From positions 26,598,001 through 26,662,000 of the forward strand of contig CM052839.1 in NCBI GenBank assembly GCA_028534125.1: a stretch of DNA of 64,000 nucleotides, read 5' to 3'. Positions 30,901 to 42,199 of the stretch are shown here, one piece after another. The position numbers and the translations under genes were made by a program. The number at the start of each line of letters is the position of its first letter. Positions within the stretch are counted from its first letter, which is position 1. Origin of the DNA: Lama glama (taxonomy: Eukaryota). Under the pieces are notes generated by a model that had not been told where the DNA came from, ran no database searches, and was given only the letters and a program-made list of their open reading frames with translations.

Positions 30901-33900
30901 TCTCTGAGCCTTCATTTCCTTATTCACAAAATAGGGATGGTGGTAATATCTATTTTGCAGGGTTGTTGGGAGGGCTCAGTTCACCTATGTCAAAGATATT
31001 TGTGTACCATAAACTGCCATACAAAGGAAAGGAGTGATTGTGGCCTCCAGGAAGGGCTGCTCTCTGGTGTGAGAAGGGGTGTGGGTGGAGCGGCTGGGTA
31101 ATCCCTTCAGGACCAAACACTTCCCTCTGTCCCAGATGAGGAGTGGGGGGGCCTCTGGGGCCAGAGACCCCCTGGACCCACCTTCAGAGGAGAAGGTAGA
31201 TGTATCAGTGCTCGAAGCCACACCAGCCAACAGATGTCCTCTCTCCCAGCTGGGTAACCTGTTTATATCTGAGAGAGCACAGAGTGGTAGCAGCAGCAGC
31301 CCCCTCCCCATGCCATTCATTCAGCCTGAGAAGCTCTAGGTGTCAGGCCTCAGGAGATGCAGAGATGAAAAGAACACAACAGTCCTCACTGGGGGAGGGG
31401 ATGAGGAGTGGGACCCAGAAGAGGTATGTGCAACAGTGGGTGACAGTAGTGTGAAGTAGACACAGACAGGGAGGGAATGGTGGGATGGGCTATGGGAGGA
31501 GGGAACAAGGATGAGATGGGGGATGGGGGTGGTCAGGAAAGATTTCTTGGAAGAAGCGTAATAGGAACTGACTCGGCGTAGAGTAATGAATAGGCGTTAG
31601 CCAGGGTCTAGGCAAGCAGGGACAGTCCCAGGAATTGTCCCAGGGTGTGTGGAGCCTGGTCAGAGAGTGTCCCCAAACAAAACTACTAACAGGACAGCAG
31701 CTCCATCAGAACTACACTGTAGAATCTGCCACTTTCCTTCTTTTCCTACAATTAGCCTCATCCTTTCGGGTATTGGAGCTGAGGCCTGCTTAAGGAAGGT
31801 AGCTGACTGCTTGAGGATTTCAGCTAGGCCTCCTACAGGTCTCTGGTCAGCTCCTTCTGTTTTCCACAGTACAGTAAGTATTCAAAATTAATGGAATGAA
31901 TGAATGAAACTCCAAGCACTTCCCTGGAAACTCCTACCCTGCTGCTGTTCCTCTCAGCACATCATTTCACTAGCATTATCTGTGGCTGCTTCCACCCTCA
32001 TCAACTCTCCTCGAGCCTGGGGAAATGTCCTTCCTTCTGCCCAAGTACCTGAACTCTAGGTCCCAGAAAGAATTCTCACCTTCCCCCTCTTTAATGTTTT
32101 TGGGTTTTTGTTTTCCTACAGGCTATTAACATCTTTAAACAAAACACTCTATGAACTCTGTTTCTCCCTCTGCCACTTCATATCCCACCCTCTTCCTTTT
32201 CAGTCCAAATTTACTCACTCACTCATTTAACAGACAGATTGGATAGCTTCACTAGGCACCAATGAAGGAGACCCAGTCCCTACTTTCAGTGAGTTCAGAG
32301 TTTCTACCTCTCTTTCCTATTCCAGCCACCTACAGCATGACACCTAGACCCTGTATCAGAATAGCCCAGGCAAAGGCCACCAGTGAGCTAACAGCCAAAC
32401 CCAGTGGCCTTCTTTTTGTCTCATCTCACTTGACCCTGCTGACCAATCTCTTTCTTCTGCAAACTGTTTCTTTGGCTCCCGTGACAGATCTCTCATCTCT
32501 CTCTTCCTTCTCTGATTAGCTCTTTAGTTCTTTCTTGACTCCTCTGCTCTCCCCTCTTCCTCTGTTGTACCCTTTAAATTGGTGATTACCAGGGTTCTGT
32601 CTTTGGCTTCATTCTCCAAAGTCTCTACAGGCTTACCTTGGGTAATGTTATCCACTTCCATGGTTTCAACATCCACTAATAAAATGACACAAAGGTGGGT
32701 CTCCAATCCAGACTGCTTTCCTGAGGATGAAGCCAGTGTCCTCTTGGACATTCCAAAAACATCAGACCAGCATGTCCCACACTAACCCACCATCTTCTCC
32801 CTATCTTCCATGAACCACCTCCTCTTGTGTCTTCCATTTTCAGAGAGTAACAGACACCTCAGCTAGAAATCTAGGGATCATCCTTTCCCTCACTTCTCAC
32901 CAACTTGATGACCAAGTCTTGCCATGCCTACCTGCCTCCACATCTGCCTCTGTCTTGGTTAGGACTTTCCTTCATTATCTCTGACGGAGACAACTGGCAT
33001 GGCCTCCTGCCTGGCCTCCCTGACTTCTGTCTCACTAGGCACATCCAGTCCTCACAATACACCAAACTGAGTTTTCTAGAATCCCAACTGGTCCACCTCT
33101 TTAATAGCATTCCACTGCCTTCAGGACAAAGTGTAAACTCCTTATCATGACATAATTGGCCCCCAGGACCCGGACCCTGGTTCCTTCCTCAATTATAAGT
33201 TCCTCCCACCCATCCCTCCTCTCATCCTTCCATTCCTTCTCTTCTGTCTCCCACTCCCCAGGAACACCTGATCATCTTGGAAAGAACAATGCTATCCAAA
33301 TAGAATTGGTCACACATCTTTTGCCCCTTTACACTGCACCATGGTACTTTATGCGTTTATAGCAGCTTGAGAACAAGGCTTATATTTCATCTGTCTCTGT
33401 GTCTGCAGATCCTGAGACATGGAAAATGCTCAATAAATGTTGGTTGATTGAATGAATACATGAGTAGAATAGAATAGAATAAAGTCTGTATTGGAGCCAC
33501 AAATAAACCCTGGCATTGGAGGGTTCAAACCTGGGGACTTCTCTAGGAAAAGAAAATTGACCCTGGATGAGCATCTTCCCAAAGTCAGGCACTGTGCTGG
33601 GTTTTTTAAATATGCGTTTGATTCTAAATCATCAACCCAGCCCATCCTGTGAATGGGGACACAGAGACTCAGGATAAGTAACTTCTCCAAGGACACAAGC
33701 TAATAGATGGCGGTAGGATTCAAATTCAGTTTTCTTGGCTCCATAGCTGTGCTGTTTCAGCCCTGTCTACTTGCAGTTCCTATCCAAAACCTGTCCTGCC
33801 AACTATTACTTCCCACTACACCTGCTTTTCAACTCTAACATAGCCAATTCATCACCCTCTGGCTTTACTCAGTCCTTACTCCACAGCCTCTCTTATCCAG

Positions 33901-35024
33901 CCTGGACCCTAAGGTCAGGCCAGAGCAGCATGATCCAGGGTCAGGATTCAAACTCTGCTTGCTCTCTGCAGAGTCATCATGGAAGACGCTAATAAGCAGG
34001 GTCCACTGACTAACTTCCCCCCTACACCCCCAAGAATCTTTGACAATCATAACTTTGCCAAGGGGAGAGATTTAGTAACTCTCTCAGATATGAGGGAGGC
34101 AATCTGCCCTAGTTTCACGACAGGAGAGCTCTAACTGAAGCAGCAGTCTAGAGCTCCTGCAGCAGAAGTGATTGAAGTTGGACACTAGGGGGAACTTTAT
34201 TATGAATAAGAGTGATAGCTTAAAAGGAAGAAGGAGGCTTGTGGTCTCTTTCTCAATAGGGCATTAATCGGGGCACAGGGACCTAATTCAAAACTCACAG
34301 GTGATGCTCATTTGTAAGGAATCCTTCCAGTCTTCAGGGCTGAGGAGCTCCCCCTGCCCTTGCGGCACAGGGGGTGGGGTTCCAGGTTGGGCACCCCAGC
34401 AGCTGAATAGGGGAGGAAGGGAGGGAGGAAGGGACAAAGGAAGGGAGTAACTTAGAAAGGGGAGGAAAGAGTAGGGAGCAAGGCAGTGCAGCTCCGATCT
34501 CCTTGGAAATTCCGCCCTGGCCCCGCCTACATCTGGAGGCGATTGTGATGTCACGTATGGAAACTCCAGGCTACTTCCTGCCCTCAAAGTCAATGGAACC
34601 GCCCGCTCCAGCCTAGGTGACTTAATCACCGGACCATGGGCTCCAGCCTAGGCCCGCACGTCTTGGGCAGCGGCTCAGGCTCCTGGTTGTGGCACAGAGA
34701 TGCCTTTCAGCCTTACAACCAGGGTCCACCGGACAACCCCAGCGGAACCCGCAGGCGGTTCTCCAGGTCTTCAGGACCCTAGTCCTCAATCATTGGTCCA
34801 CGGCTCGACGTGAGCCCGCCCCCAGATCCTAACTCCGCCCCTGTCAGCCCTTGGCCCCGCCTCCTTCTTCGAGCTCTCGGGTTCCACACCCTCCTTGTGT
34901 CCTCAAGCCAGCCCCCGTACCACGCCCCCTCCTTACCGGTGCCGCTCTCGTCCCACGAGCTGGCATTGTCCTCAGCCTTTTCCTTGGTCCACCTTTCAAT
35001 CCTCAGTGTCGTCCTGACCCACAT
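27910..35024 (-). CDS. PROCA1: PROCA1 protein (degenerate group III PLA2-like domain plus acidic/Lys-rich tail), ~376 aa
   Basis: Exons (-): 35024-34937 (MWVRTTLRIERWTKEK), 31268-31182 (DINRLPSWERGHLLAG), 29224-29089 (GEFKDTDRCCWKHKKC...SHCDCDSR), 28817-28662 (LKDCSEK...PCFEL...CYGW), 28573-27910 (CKSYRPISVAVIHHP...SNPNLS*). All introns are GT-AG with matching phases; sum is 1131 nt. Confidence 0.93.
29569..29703 (-). pseudogene. Relic first exon of a group III secreted phospholipase A2 (signal peptide + SKR + YPGTL..GVGD) in PROCA1 intron 2, frameshifted
   Basis: The frame from ATG 29703 reads MRMLLLLLALITGDSE. A shifted frame reads SGAPLCHSKRAVPYPGTLCHGVGDNSEQL-G, followed by donor GTGAGG at 29568-29563 in phase 1, which matches the phase-1 acceptor of PROCA1 exon 3. 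Confidence 0.8.
32330..33458 (+). mobile_element. L2 LINE fragments in PROCA1 intron 1
   Basis: GCCAAACCCAGTGG..., ending GCTCAATAAATGTTGGTTGATTGAATGAAT (L2 3' end). Boundaries are approximate. Confidence 0.65.
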
Positions 35025-36479
35025 CGCTCTCAGCCCAGTTCTTCGTCTCTACAAGACTCTTCCTCGCAGAAGTCCAACCCTGAACCTCAGCTTGATGGAG
35101 TCCACCATAAACCCCAATCTCAGCTTCGCCCCAGTTTAGCCCTTAGCTCCGCCTCATGCTTGCCCAGTCCCTCCCCTCCCCCTGCTCTAGGCTGCGTTGT
35201 TTTAGCCCAGGTCAGAACTTCTACCGCGCTCTTCATCCGGGGCCTCCCAGCTCCTTCCGGGCCCCTCCCTCTTTGTCCTACTTTAACCTTGGCGCCTCCC
35301 CTTTATCTCAGGCCTAAACTTTAGCTCGGCCGCTCAGGCCCAGCCCTCACTCCATCCCTGGTTCCTTTCCAGATCTGCTCCCAGCTTACACCTACCCTTA
35401 GGCCCTAGCCCCGCCCCTAACCCCGTTCTTAGCCCCGCCCCAGGCATTCTCTCAACCTCACACTTCGGGCTGCTCCTGGCCCCTCCCAATCCTTCGGAAC
35501 CCAGCCACTACCCTTAGCCCCGCCCCCAATCTACACTCTGTCCCATGCCCGCCCGCCTGGGAAGCAACGGCCTACAAACTCCAACCCGCCATCCCAGTTC
35601 TTCCAATGTCCCTCCTGCCCAGGCGGGAGGCCAGGCTCGCTCTCTTTCTCTCCGCCTGCAGGCCCCTCCACTGGAGCCCATCGGATAAGGACGTTATATG
35701 GGCTCCCAGCCTCTCTGTGGCGCCTACTCCCAGTGCCCCCTCTTAGATTGCTCTCCTAGCCCCCTGTCCCAGAGACAATACTGCCCAATAAAGATGTCAA
35801 CAAAGAAACAAAGAGTCTTGGTCAATCTTCCCCCAAAAGTTATTATAATAGTTCAGGTTTTCGAGCTTTTTCTATGTACTTTATTAGTTAGTACTTTATT
35901 TCGATCATACAACCTCATGTCGTTTTATCTCCATTGGCTTGCCCAATGCTGGGAGCAGGGCCAGCTACATGCATAGTAACCTACTATACACTTCCCTCAC
36001 ACCACACACTCTCGGAGGGAAAAGAATGGTGTTTAAACTTTGTGCTCTCCAGAGTCATCAAGGGCCTCTCCTGCTGCTGCTCTGCGTGATCCCAGCTTTC
36101 ACCTTCCTCTAGACCCAACAGCCTGAGTGGATAGGACTAACATTCAGACCCTCTTACCCACTGTAGCTTTTGAGAGCTCTAGGAACAGCAGGAGAGGGGA
36201 AGCCAGAAGAAGGGGGAGTGTGCAGAAAAGCAAGCCCTTCCAGGACAGAGTAGCAGGTAAGAGTGGAACCAATGGACAGAACACTTGCCAACTGAGAACC
36301 AGGATCTCTGTTCTCATCTTGATCCTCCATGGCTCCCGGATGACACCCACCACATGTGTCCCTCCAATGTTGGCCCAGATGTCTGAGATACTTTCAGCCA
36401 AACTCTGGCTCTGGGTCAGATGTCAACAATGAGGCAGGTTCTTGGTCACTCTTCCCCCAAATTGTTATAATAGTTAAGG

Positions 36480-36648
36480 CTTTTGAGATCTTCCTATGTA
36501 TATGTTAGTGCTTTATCTTATTTCACCCAAGAAACCTCATCAGTATTAGCCTCATTTTACAGATGAGGAAACTGAAGCACAGAGGGTGAGTAATATGCCT
36601 GAATGTTCCAGGATGGACAGCAAGGATTCAAATGCAGGTCCTCCTGAC
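36480..36648 (-). mobile_element. MIR SINE
   Basis: CATTTTACAGATGAGGAAACTGAAGCACAGAG...GGATTCAAATGCAGGTC. Confidence 0.75.
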
Positions 36649-36660
36649 TCAGCACATCTT

Positions 36661-36762
36661 TTTTTTTTTTTTGAGACAAAAAATGTCATTTCTTATTTGT
36701 TTTAAAATACAAACAGAAACTACTTATGATTTCATGTTTCATCACTAATATAGTTAGATGTA
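36661..36762 (-). pseudogene. Short 5'-truncated poly(A) retrocopy of unknown source
   Basis: Poly-T at 36661-36672 plus about 90 nt of AT-rich sequence, flanked by a perfect 12-bp TSD TCAGCACATCTT (36649-36660 / 36763-36774). Confidence 0.75.
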
Positions 36763-37209
36763 TCAGCACATCTTCTGAGTAAGAGCCCTGCCCCTACCAT
36801 CTGGTGAACCCCAAAAAGCACTGAAAATTCAATCACTTCTCACTCTGTTCCCCTCACAGAAGTATTTTTTAAAGGGAAGGCAAGAGGTGAAAAAAGAAAA
36901 AATATTATCTAGTGGTGGAAATTTGGTTATAAGTACCAAGTAGGGAGACCCACCTGGGGAGGGGGGGAAGGGTCCAAAGGAAAGGGCTAAGATCTCAAAG
37001 ATCATTCAGATGCACCCAGTGAGGGTCCATAGCATCCCCTCAAACGTTATCCCTGAGTTCCCAGCCTGCCTGAGGCCTGCGCAGCAGCCAGGAATGGCCA
37101 GAATTGCAGCAGAAGACTCCAGTCCCAAGACTGCCATACAGCTGTGCCCATTCCACATCCCTCACCCCCGATAAAGGACTCCAGCCCTCAACCTGCTAAT
37201 AACAGAGAT

Positions 37210-37215
37210 TTTAAT
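37210..37215 (-). terminator. RAB34 polyadenylation signal ATTAAA
   Basis: TTTAAT on the + strand, about 330 nt past the stop codon. Confidence 0.65.
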
Positions 37216-37547
37216 GCATAAGGCACAGTGTAAAGCTGGGACCATTAAGCATCCTCATACTCAAAGGGCCCAGCAGACTGAGCAAGAGAAGTAGAGCCCA
37301 CCTCCCCAACACTAGGCACCCTGGAGAGCCCCTGGAGGAGGGGGGCATCCAGTCTTTGGCACAGTGCCTGGGGGCAGTAAAAGTGACTAGCATGGTCCCA
37401 GCTACCCCTCTGGGGATACTGCCACCAAGGGGCAGCTCTTTGGTCTGGAAAAACAGTCAGTGCAAATGTTCAGGGGTTGAGCTCTGGGGGAGTCAAGAGG
37501 ACACAATGCCCCAAGGCTGGGCAGTCTCTGGACAGTCCTCTCACCCT

Positions 37548-40218
37548 TCATGGGCAGCATGTGGGCTTCTTCTTGCTGGCAGTTAGGTAGAGGTTGCTGT
37601 CATCACTGTTGATGCCTGAAGAAGAGTGGGAAATATGTGAAGCAGGGATTGGAGGGTCCTTGTGCTCTCTGCCACCCTCATCCAGGCAGGCACTCACGGA
37701 CAACATCCCCAATGCGGCGGCACCCCGATTTCTCCAGCTCAGCCAGGACATTGGCCTCAAAGGTTAGTGCTGCCACACGGAAGAAGAATTCCCGGACATT
37801 TTCACCTGACACAGGGAGCAGATAGGTGCTCAGGGCAGTTCCAGGCCTGGGATCAATGGGCACAGTTGGAGGTGTAGGAGTGAGAGGCAACATAGGCAGG
37901 AATGCCACAGAAGGTCGGAGGCCTCTGACTCACCAGTGAGAGATGAGACTGCCCAGTACTCGGCCTTCATCTCTTGGGCTACCTTGAGTGCGTCTTTCTC
38001 CATCAGCACATACTGAGCAGGAGTCTGAAGGAAAGTCAGAGTCAGGTGCTGAGGGTGGGGTTCCCCTCACCAAGGCGGGAAGTCCTCCCACTGGCACACT
38101 CACACTCAGATCCTTCTTGGAACCCACGAGGAAGAGAAGCACACTGGAAGGGTCATTCTCCTTGAGAGCATCAGCTAACCACTGCCTGCCACAGGTGGGC
38201 CACAGACAGTGAGGGATGAGGGAGATGGCCAGGCTCTCCTGCTGATACTCGTATGCCCGATTACCCAGTGCTCTTTGGTCATGGATGCATTCTTGTTCAC
38301 TACCATGCCCCCAACCCTCCTCTTTTCTGAACCCTCTCCTCCCCAGAGTCCCCATTATAGCTCAGCATCCCCACGTACTTGGTATGTTCTAGGGAGGCCA
38401 CATCATTCAGGTTGAAGACAATGATGATGGCTGGAAGAGTGGCAGAAACAACCCCAGGTTGTTGGGGAAAACACTACTGGATCATTTCCACAATCCTCCC
38501 CCAGCCCTAGATGAGAGACCAGGTGCACCCAACCAGCCCATTTCACCCAGACCCATACCTTGAGCTCCTCGGTAGTAAGTCGACGCAATGCATTTGAACC
38601 TCTCCTGTCCCGCGGTATCCCAGCTGGAAGGAAGGAAGGGGGAAACACAGGTTTATATGGGGCAGGGGGGTGGTGATGGCTGAGGTGGAATATAGGTGCT
38701 GGGGGAAGGAATGGCGGGAAGGGGCAGAGGAAGAACTCACAGCTGCAGACTGAAGGGGACGCCCAAAACCTCAAATCGTTCCATCTCAAAGTCCACTCCA
38801 ATGGTGGCTTTGTAGTTCTTATCAAAAGTGTCTTTGCAGAACCTGAGAGGGCACCAGATGCTCTTGGCCCTAGCCCAGCCTACCTGGCTAGGCCTGGCCC
38901 CACCCTGCCCACCCCAATCCAGCTCCATTCCAGGAACCTCTTACCTATTTATGAGACAAGTCTTCCCCACTGACAGGTCCCCCACCACAATGACCTTGGA
39001 GATCTTAAATCTGCTGACACAAGAGTGAGCAGTAAGAGTGAGCACTAGCTGTTTCACCCAGAGGAGTCCCAATGCTCCCTATATAGTAGGTCCACAAAGT
39101 TAGGTGCACCCAGGCTGAGGTTACCATAGACACCAGGCCTGGACAGATGTGCTGGAGAGGAGTGTTTTGTGCTTCAGTATCAGAGAGAAGTGAATTTGAA
39201 TTCCAGCTCTCACACTTACTAGCTGTGTGACTTAGGACACATTTCTTAATCTCTCTGAGCCTCAGTTACAACATTTGTTAACTGGGGATTTAACATATAT
39301 TTTACTGGGTTGTTGCAAAGGTTAAAATGAGATAAATGTCCTATATTCTGAGATATAGCCCCCCCCACACACAATTTTAATAACTCTGAAATCAGATACA
39401 TCTTAAAAGTGAAGATGTTTTCCATTTAATAAAGGACAATAACAGTACCCAACATACAGCTTGGGACACAGTAAGTGCTCAGTTAATTGTGGCCAACTTT
39501 TATAACTACTACTTTGTTTTTTTCCACCTACAATGGGACTCAACCCTCTAGGCAATACCACTTGCCCTGGAGTCCAGATAGATGGTGTGTGGGAAGCTGA
39601 GTTGGTGACCACACCCTCGTGTTGGACATCTTCTCAGTGTCAGAAATTAAACTGCCACCTTTCTACCCCACCCCATCTCAGAGCACTCTCCACAACCTTG
39701 CTGGAAGAAAGGGAAGAACACAGGGGCATGAAAAGGGGAAATAACCACATAGCTGGTAGAGGCTGAAATAGAGCCCCAAGTTGTTGGCTCTGTACCCTTG
39801 CTTTGACTACAGCTTTTCTGGGACTTCCTTTCTTTATTCCGGGTGTCTCTAACTCACCCCACGGTGCCTGTCCGGTGCTCCTGGCAGGCGCAGGTGACGC
39901 GGGGGTGGAAGTCTTTGTGCACGTGCAAAGCGGCCTCCTTCCTCAGGCACTGAAAGGGATGGAAGAGAATGGGACTCACCCATTCCTGGCCCTAGTCCAG
40001 ATGCCCAGCAGCCCGGGGCTGGGGTGGGGAGGGGACCACCCAGAAGCAGCAAGCCTAGCTGGGCGGCAGGGCTGGGCCCAAGCTTCTAACCCGTCTGGTG
40101 CCTCCTTCTTCCCGCCCACACCCACCGCAGCCAGAAGCCCGACGTGGCCCTGGCGCCAACCTACCTGCGGCAGCTCCGCCAGGACGCGGTCCCTCCGCAC
40201 CGGCGCCAGAATGTTCAT
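37548..40218 (-). CDS. RAB34: Ras-related protein Rab-34 (259 aa; 260 aa via the NAGNAG acceptor)
   Basis: Exons (-): 40218-40165, 39949-39858, 39010(or 39013)-38945, 38842-38741, 38623-38559, 38430-38379, 38185-38104, 38024-37934, 37805-37698, 37615-37548; sum is 780 nt. G-box motifs GDLSVGKT, WDTAGQE and GSKKD are present, with a C-terminal CCP prenylation motif. Confidence 0.97.
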
Positions 40219-40633
40219 CTTGCCTGCGGCCTTGCGGGGAGCCCTGAGAAGGCGCTGAGGCCTGATCCGCCCCAGCGATCCGGGCCCGCGGAGACCCGAC
40301 AATCACCCGCGACCGAGGGGTCCCGACTATAACTCGGGGCCACGGAGAACCTACGGGAGCCCGTGGCCTCGGGGATGCTACGACCACCGCAGGCCACGGG
40401 GATGAGACAGTCACCTGGGGCCGGGGTGAACCCACAATCACTCGGGCCCGGGGCGTCCCGAAGACGACTCGGGGTCGGGGAGACCCCTCGGCAGCCAAAT
40501 GCGGGCGGGGAGTCCCGTCTGGAGGCACCCGGGTCCTCGAAGACCCTACAATAACTCGGGGCCGGATAGTTCCTACAATAACGCGAGGCCGTGGAGACCC
40601 GACGACAACTCGGGGTTGAGGCGACCCCACCAT
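39005..40633 (-). CDS. NARR: Nine-amino-acid-residue-repeat protein NARR (alternative frame of the RAB34 locus), ~189 aa
   Basis: ATG 40633 (MVGSPQPRV), then about 13 repeats of xVGSPRPRV type. It uses the RAB34 donor at 40165, exon 39949-39858 in a shifted frame (VPEEGGRFARAQRLPPP...), and ends QI* at 39013-39005. Confidence 0.88.
39165..39345 (+). mobile_element. MIR SINE in RAB34 intron
   Basis: CACTTACTAGCTGTGTGACTT...CTCTCTGAGCCTCAGTT...GGTTGTTG.AAAGGTTAAAATGAGATAA. Confidence 0.75.
40280..40633 (-). repeat. Degenerate 27-bp coding tandem repeat of NARR
   Basis: Recurrent ACAACTCGGGG / ATAACTCGGGG / ACGACTCGGGG blocks at about 27-30 bp spacing on the + strand, matching the 9-aa periodicity. 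Confidence 0.85.
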
Positions 40634-41051
40634 AACAGAGAGGTCCGGGGGGCGCGGCGCGGCCCCGCCACTCGGGGTCAGTGTGGGCAGGGACCGCGCA
40701 GCAAGGCCGGTGGACTGCTGGAGGAGGGGGCGAGGGACCCAGTCCACTGCAGGGCCTCGCGTCCCACTCGGCTCTCCCTCGGCGAGTGCTGTAACTTGAT
40801 CCCCGGAAATTCCTGGAGAAGGGCCGCCCCCCGCCCCTCTCCCAGCAGCTCCCTGCCTCGCAGCCAGCCCTGGCCTCCCCCTCCTCTCCTCCCTCCGGCG
40901 CTGCCCCAGCTCAGGCTCCCCCGCCAGACGCCTCACAGGGGACCAGGATCGCCCCCACCCAGGCTGGAACCTGCCAAGATGGGGATCCATCCCCCAGGTC
41001 GCTCTCCTCTGCACCGCCGGTGCCGAGCGGCGCGTCCATGGGGACCCTTAC

Positions 41052-41193
41052 CCAGACGAATTGGTGATGGGGAATCGGTGGCTGTTGCGCAGCATCTAGC
41101 TGTGCCAGGAACCAGCGGGAGGGGAAAGAGGGAGAGAAGGGGCTCTAGGAGAGGCGGCGCTTCCCTCAACTCTAGGGCCAGGACGTGACTCAT
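41052..41193 (-). other. RAB34: Probable upstream alternative first exon of RAB34
   Basis: Donor TGG|GTAAGG at 41051 and an acceptor at 40245-40244 inside the NARR exon. The spliced frame from ATG 41095 (MLRNSHRFPITNSSG|APRKAAGK) joins the RAB34 ATG in frame. The 5' boundary is approximate. Confidence 0.6.
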
Positions 41194-42199
41194 AGGGTCT
41201 GCCCCCGCTCGCCCTTTTACCCTGGGGGGTGGTGGGAGAGAGCTTAGAGGGAGTGCTAGGGTCGGAACGAAGTGCCCACCAAGGAGAGAGATGTCCGAAG
41301 CCTAGTGCCTTTTCCTCCTAGGCTGCCCTGTAGATTGAATTGTTGGAGGGCCAAAAACCAAGCTGCCTCCCTCAATGGAGGATAAAAGAGGGCTTGGGGA
41401 ACCGAGAATTCCGCCCTTCGAAGAGTTCACTGCTCTGGTACATGGGGACGCCCCACCAGTGTGGGCATTCTTCGCTCTGTCCCCATTGGAAATCTCCCTC
41501 CCCTCAAGGACAACTTTTCCTTTTCGCAGTCTGCAAGATAGAAGAGGGGATAGCACATAACAAATCTCATCTTCAAAGGGAAACTCTGATTCCAAAGGGG
41601 AGGGAGAGGGCAGAAAGGCGGTGTGGGTGTGGGGAAAGCACAGAGAAGCAAACCTGAGATTTACTAAACTTTGCTCTGTGTCAGGGACTGAATTTGAGGA
41701 TGTAAAGTTGCCTGGAGCAAGGCAGGGAAGACTACTTAAAGGGAGGGGACTGTGAATGAAAGTATTCACAAGAAGAGCGAATCCTGGAGAAATCTGTGCC
41801 CTAGGTGTTTGGAATATCTGTTGAATCTCTTCAAGAGAAATCACATGAAATAGGGAAAACGCATGAAATCTGCCACTGGTAAGAGGGACAGATGTGACCA
41901 CCATCCACCTTCTCTGACACTTAGCACCTCTCCTCCGCCTGACTTTTTTCTTCCACGGAATCACTGTGTTATTAATAAGCCGTCCCCTCATTCGACCTCA
42001 GTTTCCACAGATGTTGTCTGAGGGAGTTGGACTGCACAAATTCTGCTCTACCGTTCTAGAATTTTGCTTTACTCTACCTGAGCCAATCTAACTACAGTAT
42101 ATTAATTCCAGTTTGCAGTGTTACTGTCTCTTTGAACTGTAATCCCCTTCCCTAAAGTTGCTCAAGATGCGAAACACTCAGGATCAGATCCGCGCAGTA

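Larger units (their letters stand above)
39860..41200. promoter_or_regulatory. CpG island (RAB34/NARR promoter)
   Basis: Visibly high GC and CpG density. Confidence 0.75.

Noticed and set aside
40634-41014. N-terminal extension of NARR in the 319-aa ORF
   Set aside because: Non-ATG start in a CpG island; the repeats and the recalled NARR start begin at ATG 40633.
41302-41991. 229-aa minus-strand ORF between RAB34 and RPL23A
   Set aside because: No recognisable domain, splice structure or coding-like composition; most likely a chance ORF in a divergent promoter region.
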